NCBI GenBank assembly: GCA_000708835.1
Contig: DF237319.1
Location: 1 to 64,000 of the forward strand
Reading direction: 5' to 3'
DNA length: 64,000 bases
Origin: Klebsormidium nitens
Taxonomy: Eukaryota > Plantae > Klebsormidiophyceae
A program made the translations under genes and the position numbers. The notes under the pieces were generated by a model. That model ran no database searches. It was not told the DNA's origin and worked only from the letters and a program-made list of their open reading frames with translations. This document shows positions 12,941-24,116 of this stretch, one piece after another (position 1 is the first letter of the stretch; every line of letters starts with the position of its first letter).

Positions 12941-15900
12941 TCACCAGTACGAGTTATTGGTTTTCTGTCCGTCTGGTTGGCGGTCGTTACTTGTCACTTT
13001 GCTAACTTTGCTGTCGGCTGAGCTGACGGATTCGTTGCCTCCCGTTGCCCATGAAGGTACACAGCAGAAGCTTCATTCATTTTGTTCCGCGTTTGACAGT
13101 GCGCCATGTGAACTCCCCACGTGACGTTTATGGATGTCCTCTCCAAGGTTTCGCACATCGGCAGTTTTCAACCAGTACGTGACCACACAGGAGCCGAAGG
13201 TTCAAAAGCCAAAGAACGCGAATGGTCGAATCTGAGACGGCGACCCCGTTTGCTGCGCTGTGATTCGAAGCCGTAGCAAAATACTTCACAGCACCCTTGT
13301 TGAAAGAATCTGAGAGGACCTTCCACGGCCCACTTTCGATAAATCCTCGTTCCCCTTCGATTCTAAACTTGCTCGGGACAGGCGTCATGGCGTCGCCCCC
13401 CTTCGTAGTGTTTACGAATCCCCCCTCAGATACTTACACACTTTGCGTCGCGAAGCCTTTCGGGTCGCTTTGTTCAACCTTCACGCGACAAATTTGGTTA
13501 CGTTGCTCTTCCTTTTTGTTCTCTGTGGTCAACAGATCATTTTTTAAAGCAAGGGCCACTGACCAGGTGACACTTGTGTTACGCTTCCCACTAATCACAG
13601 TGGCTCGGTCGGTTTTGAATGATGTGCATGATCGGGGGTAGGAACGCAAAATCGTGACCTAATCAGACACTGAGCATGAAACGGCCCTGTCGTCACGAAG
13701 TAATCAGACATTACTTAAGCCCTGCTCTACCTGTAACCAGACAGACGGGATACCATAAGCGTGCTTTCAATTGTTTTAGATGCGCCGCTCTCTTTCACAT
13801 CGATGGACCTCGCGCGTTTGCAGTCTCTGAACCTCCATCAACTAAACCAAGGGTTAGCGAACTTACAACATATATAATCGCAGCAGATCTCATTAGAAAC
13901 CCCGCTGAAGGCAGTGACGAGCGCTTTGATTTTGAGTCCTGCTTGCCACTCAACTCCAGGGTTTTCGTGGACCGAGCTCTGACGCCTTCTTGGTTGTTGA
14001 GATCATCTCTCAGATTGCGGAAACTCCTTGCCCGCTGAATACTCTCCGCTGAATCTCCTCTGATATTCTCCCTGTCTGGCTTTAATTGCTTTTATATTCG
14101 TGTGGTCCTGTCAAGCAGGATCCATATCCCGTGCACAATTGAATGTTTGCTTTCTCTGTCAAGGGTCATTCGGAGGACTTTCAAGAGGGATCCGTCCTTC
14201 CGTGTTGGACACTGTCCTCTTCTCGTACTCCTCACTGCGTGGAGTGTCTGTGGGTCCCTCGGTTCACCGTTCACGAGGACTTTTTGTTTGACTGGCTGGA
14301 GCAGCGATTCGTGCGGGCAGTGATGAGCATGTTTAAGTTTGCCCTCTGAGGCTCTCATGTCTCATCAGGTGTCTCGTGGCAACTCTCTGACGCCGCTCTA
14401 TTTTATTGGCAGCAACTAGCTGCTTGTGAGAATTAATTTTTCAATTGCTGTTGAGTGCAGCCTTGCATGAGCATCGCGTTCTTCCGCTGTCTTTGTCTTG
14501 AGAATTTTGAGGTGATTTCTCCGTTGAGGTTAGATCCAGACTTATGTTGCAGAGGGGCATCGGGCTTCTAAAATTTTGCACACGTCACGCACACTGAAGC
14601 GTGAGATGCTGTATTACTGCTGTTCAATGACGGAACGCAATCAACGGTTACAAATACAAGGTTAATCCCGTTACACATGCAGACCATCAAGCATGCTTTG
14701 CGCTTCTGTATGCGCTCCAGCTGCAACTACGTGTAGTCCCCGGAGGGACTCCGGCGCAAAGCGAGGGTTGCGCTTCAAAGCGGCAATCATTCTTAGCATG
14801 CCTCGATCCCGCCTCGACATAGCTCCGATCAGTTGACTTCGAAGCAGGAGGATGTGTCTGATGTATCTGCCACCTCATTGTGTTATGATAACTGGCCGGC
14901 TGGTGCACCTTCATCGGACCTAGGTATCAGAGAACGAGGAAGCAATCTGCATATCGTCGGAGGGCCGGTTCATCAGAACGCTGGTCAAACGACTCTGTTA
15001 AGAGAGGCTGTCAGTTCCAACGAGAACTCCTTTTTGCTCGGGGTGCCTCTGACACAATCGATTCCTTCAATCATACACGCTGTTAGTCTTTCCAATTGCA
15101 GGCGGGTACCTTTGTCGAAGTCTCCGCCCCGGACCCGCGGGCAGCATCTGCATGATCTTCGACGGGCCATTGAATATCAGCTAGTCACCTAGCGCACAAG
15201 TGGGGTTTGGAGGCTCTCCTCTGGGTTGCAGTCGTTCCAAAAGCTTTGGCGTCATGTTTGTTGTTGAGTGGCCGCCTGGGCGCGGGTTTCGAACAAGAAT
15301 TAGAAGCGAGCTTGAAAGCAGCTGCAGCGAAGGGCAGGAAGATTGCTCGGGACTGACTGAGGTAGCACAGAATTAAACAAGCAGCTTCATATGTACGCAA
15401 TAGGAGGGGATAACATGGAGGCGCTCGCCGTTGATAGGTAGTTCCAAGCTTCTTGCAGCAGCTGCCTTTTTGAAAGTCTTCAGATGTACGGTACAACGGG
15501 TGCCCCGCTTTTATGCGAGAATGCATTCACTATCTGAGAAGTGTGCGCACGCTGGCCGGCATCATGCTGAAAAGGCTCAATCATAATAGCTAGAATACGT
15601 GCACAAGAAAAAAGGGGTCGGATGCACCGGCGCGCAGATTCTGTGCGACTTGATGCGGCCTGCGTCTTTCCAGTAACTTGGATGAGGATATAATGCAGTC
15701 CCTCAATAACACTGCGCATGCAGATATATCTGATTGCATCAAAGGGTCGAATCTATTGTCATGTGATAAAACGCCCTTAAAGCGCGCTGGCAAGAAGCAA
15801 CCTTTAGTGGGCCTCAGGACGGCGCTTACAACTGGCTTCGTGCTGACTTAAACTGCATGCGGTGATGTCGTTTTCATCTCATGGGCTGTATCCACGTGCA

Positions 15901-16982
15901 GTGACGCGCCAGCTTCAACGTGCTTGATACATCGTGAAAGGCGCTGTACATAAATACTCACATGGCACATGTACATGCTCATGCATTCTTTTCCATTCTG
16001 TATAAGGTCACAGTCATGGTGGCGCATGCGGATCGAGATTCAAATTCATGTGCAATTTTGCACGTCACTGCTGCAGTACTGCAGAACAACTTCTGCTGGA
16101 CACATAATCCTTAGTAAACCGCGGCCCCACATATTGGCTGCAGCGGCTCGATTGGCGAGCCTCGGAGAGTCGCCCATGATGGTGCGATCTACGGGCATAT
16201 ATGCACGTCATGGTGCAAGTTGAAAATGCTCAAAATCAGGGAAAAGTAAATAGTTGATAGCTTCAGATGATGGCATCTGACAGTGCAGGTCTAGGCTAGC
16301 CTCTCCTTTATGCCAACTGCATCCTTCCAGAATGTCCTCCTGACTAAACTGACAATTCTTAACTGGTTGGTCCGCTTTTGCCCTCAAATCTGGTGAAAGC
16401 AAAGCGATCGGGCCTTGTGCCAGAGGGTTGTATTTGGTGGCTTTACAAGGCGCAGAGAGTTCGAGACATTAAGTTTGTGTGCCCAGGTGCATCAGACCGC
16501 CACATGCAATGCTTAGCATATGTCTGGACCAAAAGCAGGTAGATCTGACTTGAGATGCAGAAAAAGGACAGCATGAAGTTGAAATGGCAATTGTAGCTTG
16601 AAGGAGCAAAGCGCATGCGTTTTGGGATCTGCTGGTCAGAAAGTCCTGACGGCTCCCAAAAAGGTGAACCGGCTTCTAGTGCTGCGCCCTACACACTTGA
16701 GGTTGAAAATGCATTCTTTCCCTTACAATCTTCCTACTTTAGGGCAACCTACAGTAAGTTCTCAGACGATGGCGCACGCCAGATGCCAAAAACGAGAAAC
16801 TGATTTGACCATGCTAAATGCGTACTCAAACACCCTCAATGTTTTAGGGCTTTGGCTATAGAATCTGCTTTTATCTTCCGTCGACCGCACGTCTTCCGGA
16901 CTAGGTACGCAGCCAGCGTGTCGAGACCGCTACTGTCGCCACAGCGTTCAGTCCAACTACTGTTGAATGCTACTTTCTAAAG

Positions 16983-17077
16983 CCCCCCTTGCCTTTCCAC
17001 AACGCCCCCATTAACCCCCCTTGCCTTTTCACAACGCCCCATTGTAAACCCCCCCTTGCCTTTCCACAACGCCCCCA
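16983..17077. repeat. Three copies of a ~28-bp C-rich unit just 3' of the VQ gene stop codon
   Basis: ccccccttgcctt(t)ccacaacgccccca occurs three times with 4-8 bp spacers. Confidence 0.9.
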
Positions 17078-17093
17078 ACACAAGTGCCCCTTG

Positions 17094-17891
17094 CTACAGA
17101 GCTTCGATCTGCATCGGTGCACCGTCTGCAGCCCCCTCCTGGACCCTCCCGGGCGACTCTTCCGGTGCGCTGCTCACCTCGGGAGAGTCTTTTGCTTCGC
17201 CCCGGGGCAGCATCACTGTAAGCGCCTCCCTAAACGCCACCGCCCCCGGAGACTCTTCATCAGACTGCCCCCCCCCCAGTGTGTCAAAGTTCAGCCACCC
17301 AGGGGATGCAACAGCATGCCGGGACGAGAATAGTCCTGCCAGGGGGGAGAAAAGTGTGCCTAGAGAGGGGGAGGGGAGGCCGGGCATCCCCCCCCGGTGG
17401 AAAAAGCTGGTTAGGCGCGAGACCGACAAGCTCAGGGGGTTGGTCGGTCGCACGGACGCAGGGCGCAGATCGGGGTGACTAGGTTTGGGCTGGATAATCT
17501 GCGTTTTGATGACTGTGGGCCGGAGGGGAGGGGGCGCGAGGGTTTGGATTCGGGACTTGACGACCGTCTCTGGTTCGACGGTCTGAATGCGGGCTCCAGT
17601 GGTCACTTCCCGCTCGAGAGGCGTGGCCGGCGAGGGGGCACGAGCTTCTCCTGGCTGAGAAACGGGTTTTGATTGAGTCTGGGGCTGAACTTTGGTGGAA
17701 ACACCGTCCGCAGTGGACCGAGTTAGCTGTTGGACGAGGTTGCGGAAGCTAGATGCGTCGGCATGAATCACTGTCGGTCTGGCCTTCTTCCCCGACTTTG
17801 GTTTAGGCTTTACCACCTTTTTGCTCTCCTGGTTTTGTGGGATGGCGATAGATGTGTCCACATCTTCACCCCGCGCGTTTGAAGCGACCAT
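17094..17891 (-). CDS. VQ-motif-containing protein, 265 aa, intronless, MVQ/MKS1-like
   Basis: RPTVIHADASSFRNLVQQLTR matches the FxxxVQxLTG motif. A Lys-rich basic stretch precedes it. Pro/Ser-rich tail with SP/TP sites (APSPATPL, LPSPS, LFSPL). Confidence 0.85.
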   Translation of the reverse strand: MVASNARGEDVDTSIAIPQNQESKKVVKPKPKSGKKARPTVIHADASSFRNLVQQLTRSTADGVSTKVQPQTQSKPVSQPGEARAPSPATPLEREVTTGARIQTVEPETVVKSRIQTLAPPPLRPTVIKTQIIQPKPSHPDLRPASVRPTNPLSLSVSRLTSFFHRGGMPGLPSPSLGTLFSPLAGLFSSRHAVASPGWLNFDTLGGGQSDEESPGAVAFREALTVMLPRGEAKDSPEVSSAPEESPGRVQEGAADGAPMQIEAL

Positions 17892-20275
17892 CGCAAGTGC
17901 TTTAAGTTATAACGTGTCTATGAGATGCAGCACCTTGATTTGCTGGATTCACAGCTGCTGAAAATATCCGCCTGTTGAACAGTAAGCCTTTCCGAATTTT
18001 ACATGTTGACACTATTGAATTGTGCTTTGAACTTCTCTACACTGCTCACTTTATCTTGTCAGCGGAAGCAACAACCCCTGAAAGCTGCATTCGTGGTCAC
18101 ATTGGCCCTTGTTCTGTGGCATTCGTCAAACCACCACTGCAGCCAGTCTTTTTGCTACAAAATTAATCTGAAAGAAGCATTAATGCTACTTCGCGCTGCT
18201 TGCTCTTCTGAGAATGCACGGTGATGCTGATCGTGTGAAATGCAGGACAACGACGAGTGTCTGGAGCTAGCTCACCCCATCTCTAGCCATTCTTCCCTGG
18301 AAGCTGAAAGCTGTCTGCTTCATTGCGCCTAGCAGCCCCTAGCTCAAGCTACTGCATTGCACCTCGTAAGAAGCTGCACTTTCGACGCTGAAAACTGTTC
18401 ACAGCTCTGCAGTGTGTGCACCCGTCTGGCGCATTTACACCTCTGCTTGTGGTCTTTTGCTAGACCGTATAAGGTCCAATGTAAAGCATGTCTTCTGTGG
18501 TTGGCTGACGTTGCAACACCGCAGCCAGGCAATGATTGGGTCAACGCCTCGTGATCGGCTTTGACTAATAACGCGGCCGCAAACGTTTCTGAGCCGTCCA
18601 TCGGGGTTGCCTCTGGTAGCATCGACGGCTGTGTCGCCTCTTGCTTCAGTTGACTCAAAACCCTTCAAAACCCGGGCCGTCCGTACAACCCGTACGGATC
18701 CAACTCTCGGGCCCGGGCCGGTACGTGCGCGCGGCGCTACCCGCGTACGCGCCGGCCCTGGGGCGAGAGCTAGGGGGCGAGCCGGATTGTCATGAGAACG
18801 TCACAAGTACGATCACGGTCGATGCCTGGTTCGATGAAGCTCAATGATTTGCTCAACGTATGGACGCTTTTACTGACTCAGCTCAGTCTGTGACGAAAAG
18901 AGGAAGGAGAGGAATGACTAGAGCGGTTGGCTGCCCAAAGATTCTTTGTTTTCCGGCCCGTCACGTTCAGCAAGTTATGGTTAATCGAATCATCAGCAGA
19001 TGGAGCTCATTGGTTCCACCCGGGCCGGAGTTGCCCGTAGAGGGCGAGATCGGCTGCGCCAAGCAAGGCACCAGCAGGTGGCAGCCTGGCAGAGTCTTCA
19101 ACGCTGACGTGCACGTCTAATTAGTTAATCTTTGCAACCTCATTGTGGCTTGCGTGAATTTGCGAAAATGATTTGGCAACCGTATGTTAGCCTCGGCCAC
19201 TCGTACTCAGGTGGAGTGCCCGTGGAGTGGCGGTATGGAGGATCGTAGTCCATTCACATGTCTGCACGTCCAAAATTGTCTCATCACACTGGCGGCTTCG
19301 AAGCAAGATCCGGACTCCATCACGAAATAGGTATACTTAGTGGCCATGACTTGGGAATTGTCCATGTCATGAGGTACATACGATAGACGAGACCTGCATG
19401 TCAAAGGTTGCGTACTCAACATCGACCGTCCTCGATTCTTCGTGAGATGTAAGCCGGGCTACTGAACCCCTCCTCTTGTTTGCAACACAGATTTGGCACT
19501 CCACAAAAGCGCTCAGAGCATTGACTCTGCAACATACATTTCAAAATCGCCGCAAAATTCCGTGTCCGCATGAATTATCAGCAAAGATGTACTGAGCCCA
19601 TATGACCCCTGTTTCCAGTGTTTTGCCGTTACGTTTGATCGAAGCTTCTATGGGACTGTGGCAATGAATCTTCAGGAACAGGGAGCTTCGAGAATTCGGG
19701 CTCCTAAACTAACAAAACCGTAACTTTCGAGTTGGCCTGCTTCGCACCCGTACCCACACCGGCACCCCAAAGTAACCCAACCCGTCCCAAGCTAGTGGTC
19801 TATACGCTTACAATTCCCGAATCAAACTTTTATGCACTCGTATTGGCTGCGCACACATAACCCGAGCAGGCTGCCCCGGTCGGGGGCGCAGTCTGGAAGA
19901 CGACGCACTGGCGAGTCACCGGGTAAGCCGCCGCCGTGTTGCCGAGCCCGGTGGGGCTGGGCGCGACCGCGATGCTGGTGAGCGGAAGAAGGATGCACAG
20001 GCCCTGCAAAGGACTTCGTTAGGGGTGTTTCCTTGCTGGCTCGACAGCTCCGTTAGACGTCCAGAGAAAGTTGGTTCGGACAATCTGATCGGCTCTTTGT
20101 TCGGACAGTCTGATCTGCTCTTCCAGTTCGGGACCAGTAGCCGGTGGTCAGAGACACGGACGCGAAGGGCGCAGCGAGCTTTTGAAACGTCGACAGACGC
20201 GCAGAGATCACTGACGTGGAAGGCTCGAAAGATAGTGAGCTCGTTTTTACTCACGACGGAAATCTGAGACAGAGG

Positions 20276-20413
20276 GAGTTCTGTTTGCGATGTTGTTCCG
20301 TACGTTGAAGAAACTGCTGATCACTGAAACGAGAACGGGTGTCTGAGTTCTATTTGCGATGTTGTTCCGTACGTTGAAGAAAGTGCTGATCACTGAAACG
20401 AGATCGGGTGTCT
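20276..20413. repeat. Near-perfect 69-bp tandem duplication
   Basis: gagttct(g/a)tttgcgatgttgttccgtacgttgaagaaa(c/g)tgctgatcactgaaacgaga(a/t)cgggtgtct at 20276-20344 and 20345-20413, 3 mismatches. Confidence 0.95.
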
Positions 20414-21478
20414 AACCACACAAGGACAACAATACTGACCAGAAGGTGAGCTTCCGTGGAAGACCCTGCAACATGTGAACATACTTGGCCTCCAGCATTC
20501 TGCGAGTTTATCGATTCCTTTGCCTCTCGCAGCGCCAATGGACATTCGAGGCAACGTGTTTTGGATTAGCTTCCACCTAATCGACCAGATTATGCGGCCG
20601 TCAAGAGAAAGCTGATGCGAGGTATTCTGTTGCAACGACGCGAAAGATTACTGCAGCACCGTTTGTCGGAACTCGTGTTACCATCGGTTGCAAAGTCGAG
20701 ACAGGCATGAAAAGCGAAACTGAAGAGGGACCACCGAAGTGGCGCGCTCATTCGCACCTGGAATGGTGCGGGGTTGGAAGGCGTCGTGAAGGCGAGCAGG
20801 TTCCCGCTAACGGAAAACAGGTTGGCGAGAGAAGAAGAAGAGGGGAGTCCGCTAGTGTTTTGCGCGAGGAGACTGAGCGAGCTGACGCACCAGCGCGTCA
20901 GAGCGACGGGCGCGCCCGCGCCCGCTGACGTCACCGCGTTTCCGAACCTGTCAGACAGTTGGGTGACGTCAGGCGGGACACGAGGTGAAACGAGATGACC
21001 ATGCAGAAGGGTCCCCCTTGGAGCGAAACTTCCAAACAAAAGGCTGACCGTTCTCCTAGAAACGGACAGCTCGATAGTAGGCGTTCTCCCTTTTATCAGC
21101 ATCCGCGAATTCAATCTACGCATCACGTAAAGATAACCTTGACGTAGTTATATCACAAAGAGAGCGACAACGACAGGGCCGCTTAGAGACAAGCGTCTGG
21201 ATCCAGAAGGATTGCGAACTGGAAGAAGGAGCGATCGTTGGGTGTTAGCCGGCCAACTTTCTGAACTGTCCATTTTATTGTCGGCCCTGATCATGTTTTG
21301 CAGAGGCTCCCAAACGCAATTGCACTTATAACTTGTACGACCAGGCGATAGAGCAGAGCACAAATCCCGCTTGAAAATCTGACTCCTTTCCCCCAGACGC
21401 TTTTTGGAAGTAAAGAGAGGTGCCTCTCAAAATTGAAACGGCCGGAAGGGCCTCAATCTTTCATCCTTACCTTGACAG

Positions 21479-23634
21479 CAGCGATGCGGTGGAAAACGTT
21501 TGGGTAGCTCCGGGAGTACCGCCCGCGACGGAGAACTGGGGGAGGTAAGTGGGAAAGCCCGAGAAGAAAAAGTCGCAGTCCGCTGTGGGGCTGCAGAAAA
21601 AAGGACTCTATTTATCGACTTATGTTGAGCTAAAAGTTCGCCCTGAGGTCAACAGACGTCTTTCAGGATACCGGATGAGGAGATGAAACACGATGGAGGG
21701 CGAAACATGTTCCGATTGGCAAGATCTGCAGGATCCCTGCAAGTACTGTCGTCAGAAACTTTACCGCCCGACAAATTGCTGCCTTTCAGTGGCCAGAAAG
21801 GTGCCCACCGATTGGCGCCAGTCAACGCACTTCTTTGGCGTTGAAAGGGCACCAGCTATGCCATCGGCCACCAAATGACGCCCAATTGCCACGGACCTTG
21901 TGGGCGTCAAAATTGCTCAAAGTACAAGGTGGTGTCGCAACAACGAAATGACAACTTTAGCAGACATGTCAACGCAACTGTTTTGGCACGGGCCTACATG
22001 GCGCATTTTAGGCGTCAGTCTACCTTAGGGGAAGCTTTGTGATGCAACATTCTGGCAGACTAGCACTAAAACCAGCATTCTGGCTGTGGCGTTGGAAAGC
22101 GGCAAATCAGACCGAACGTTGGTGATCCATTTGTCACATACCAGTAAAAGCGTTCTGAATGACTATCACACCACTCACACCGCTCCCATGCGCGCCCTCA
22201 AAGGATAACTTTACCTCAGTGGGTGTCGAGGTAAACTCCTAAGAAGATGCCTCTGAACTGACTGTCACCTAATGCCAAGAACTTTTCGGATCCTCAGTAA
22301 CCCCAAAGTTCTTCGTTCTCTGAAATTGGGATTATGTAGAGCAGATAGAAACTCAGATGAGCGGGGGTGTAGGGTGGAAATATAACAAGGAAGCGTATGC
22401 TGCTCGCTCACCTGCATGGGCACAGGGGAAAGATTCTTTGGGCCTCTGCAACCAAGGCCTCCTTTTGCAGCAGGCCACTGAGAAGGATGAGGCAAGAAAC
22501 TACGGGTGATCGCCTGCCAAGCGTCTTCATTTTGGTGCCTTTCGCACTTGGCTCTTGCGGCTGCTCCCTCAAGCTGGCACGAGTTGCCCTTCCTTTATGC
22601 TTAGCCAGCAGCTTTGAGCATCTGTGAACCTTCAAAAAGAATTCTTACGCAAGATCGTCAAGGGGAATCCCTGGTCTTTGCAATCCCAATTACCGCTCGT
22701 GTCAACCTTTCACCACTTTCTCTCTGACACTTACGAGAGACCTTGGAAGCGCTCGTAATCTGGCCGAACCAGCGAGACAAGCTTTCAACCTCCAACGACA
22801 GCTAAGTTGCTTCCAGGTCAGGAGTGCCCGGGAAAGTCGAAGCAAAGCGCCATCCAGATCTCACCCACTTTCCGGTGAATACTTCTCGCGTGATTTCGCC
22901 GCAGGAACAGTCAATTCTCCCCTTTCTGCTTTTCAGCGTGCTCGGATCCGCCCCGACCACATCACATTCTCGCAACAATTGCGCGTGCGCCCAGCTCATC
23001 TGTCTGACCTAGAATGACCGGCCGTAAAGCTATCAAGCGACTTCGCAAGTTCGTGACGATACGATGCCCCTGCTCTTCTTGCTTCGCTGACCTGTCTGCA
23101 AGTGAAACCGCATCGTCACCGTCAGCTGGTAGGTTCACGTCCACGCACTGACCAGGACCGCTCAGATTCCGAAGCAGTGGGCATCATTCCTGACTCGGTC
23201 ATTCGTGCAGATCATTGATCCCTACATAATGGCGAATTCGGACTGTAGGAAGAGTTCGCAGTTTGCCTAGGTGTCACGGTGGACACCTTTTTGCGCCAGT
23301 TGTTCCGGATTGAGCAGACTGAACCTGAACGCAAGGGGTCGGTCTTGGTGGAGACGTTGATCATGATATCAGGTCAGTGCATGGCATTCTCGCATGCATT
23401 CGACTGGGTCGTCGGATGAAAACTTCTTATACAGTATTCACTCTGGTTAATGATCACTAAAAACTTAATTTGCAGTATCGAACATCATTGCATATCAACG
23501 TGGACGTACTGAGCTTCCGAGCAGGCGCACTTCGCAGAGCCTGCCAGCCTTCGGGCCTGGCAAGAGATTCACTGACATGTACATGTACACGTGTCACACC
23601 GCAATCAATCTCAGTGGCGCATGCACTGAAGAGG
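21479..23634 (+). pseudogene. Possible orphan or decayed spliced gene fragments
   Basis: Two phase-consistent exon pairs with AG/GT ends. 21479-21544 + 21667-21800 gives ..VENVWVAPGVPPATENWGRIPDEEMKHDGGRNMFRLARS.. and 23249-23372 + 23476-23634 gives EEFAVCLGVTVDTFLRQLFRIEQ..AFGPGKRFTDMYMYTCH.. No family recognised and no full model could be built. Confidence 0.25.
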
Positions 23635-24116
23635 GTATGCACTGATATTACGCGGGCATCATTAGGGCGCATTAAGTTAGGCAGTATGCCGTATTCAGAC
23701 GCGCGTGCCAGCTGGGAGACAATGCCAAAAGTGATCTAGGATTAAGGCGATTGGGTGGCCCAGGGGCACATGGTGGATATATAGCATGTCTGGCATAACC
23801 GACAACAATACGGTAGAAGTACGACGAACCGGTTTTATCCGTTCAATAGCTCTGGTCGATGGATTACGACAGCAGATCTCCCCAACTAAGTCCAGGTCAA
23901 CGTGCAAGCGCCGCGGCGGAACAGCGTCTGGATTCTTTACATCCGCTGCAATGTATGGATCGTGTCACCAATTAAGATTCTTTCTGCGTATACTTTTATT
24001 CAAACTGGTCCCTGTAAATCAAGCCTGTCCTTCCGAAGCGCGGGGTGCCTGTCTACAGGACCTACGAACTATCAGCCTGCAGCTGAGGGATTGTCGCAGG
24101 TCTCTAAACTCGACAG

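Noticed and set aside
16989-17672. + strand ORFs overlapping the VQ gene
   Set aside because: Antisense shadows of a GC-rich CDS.
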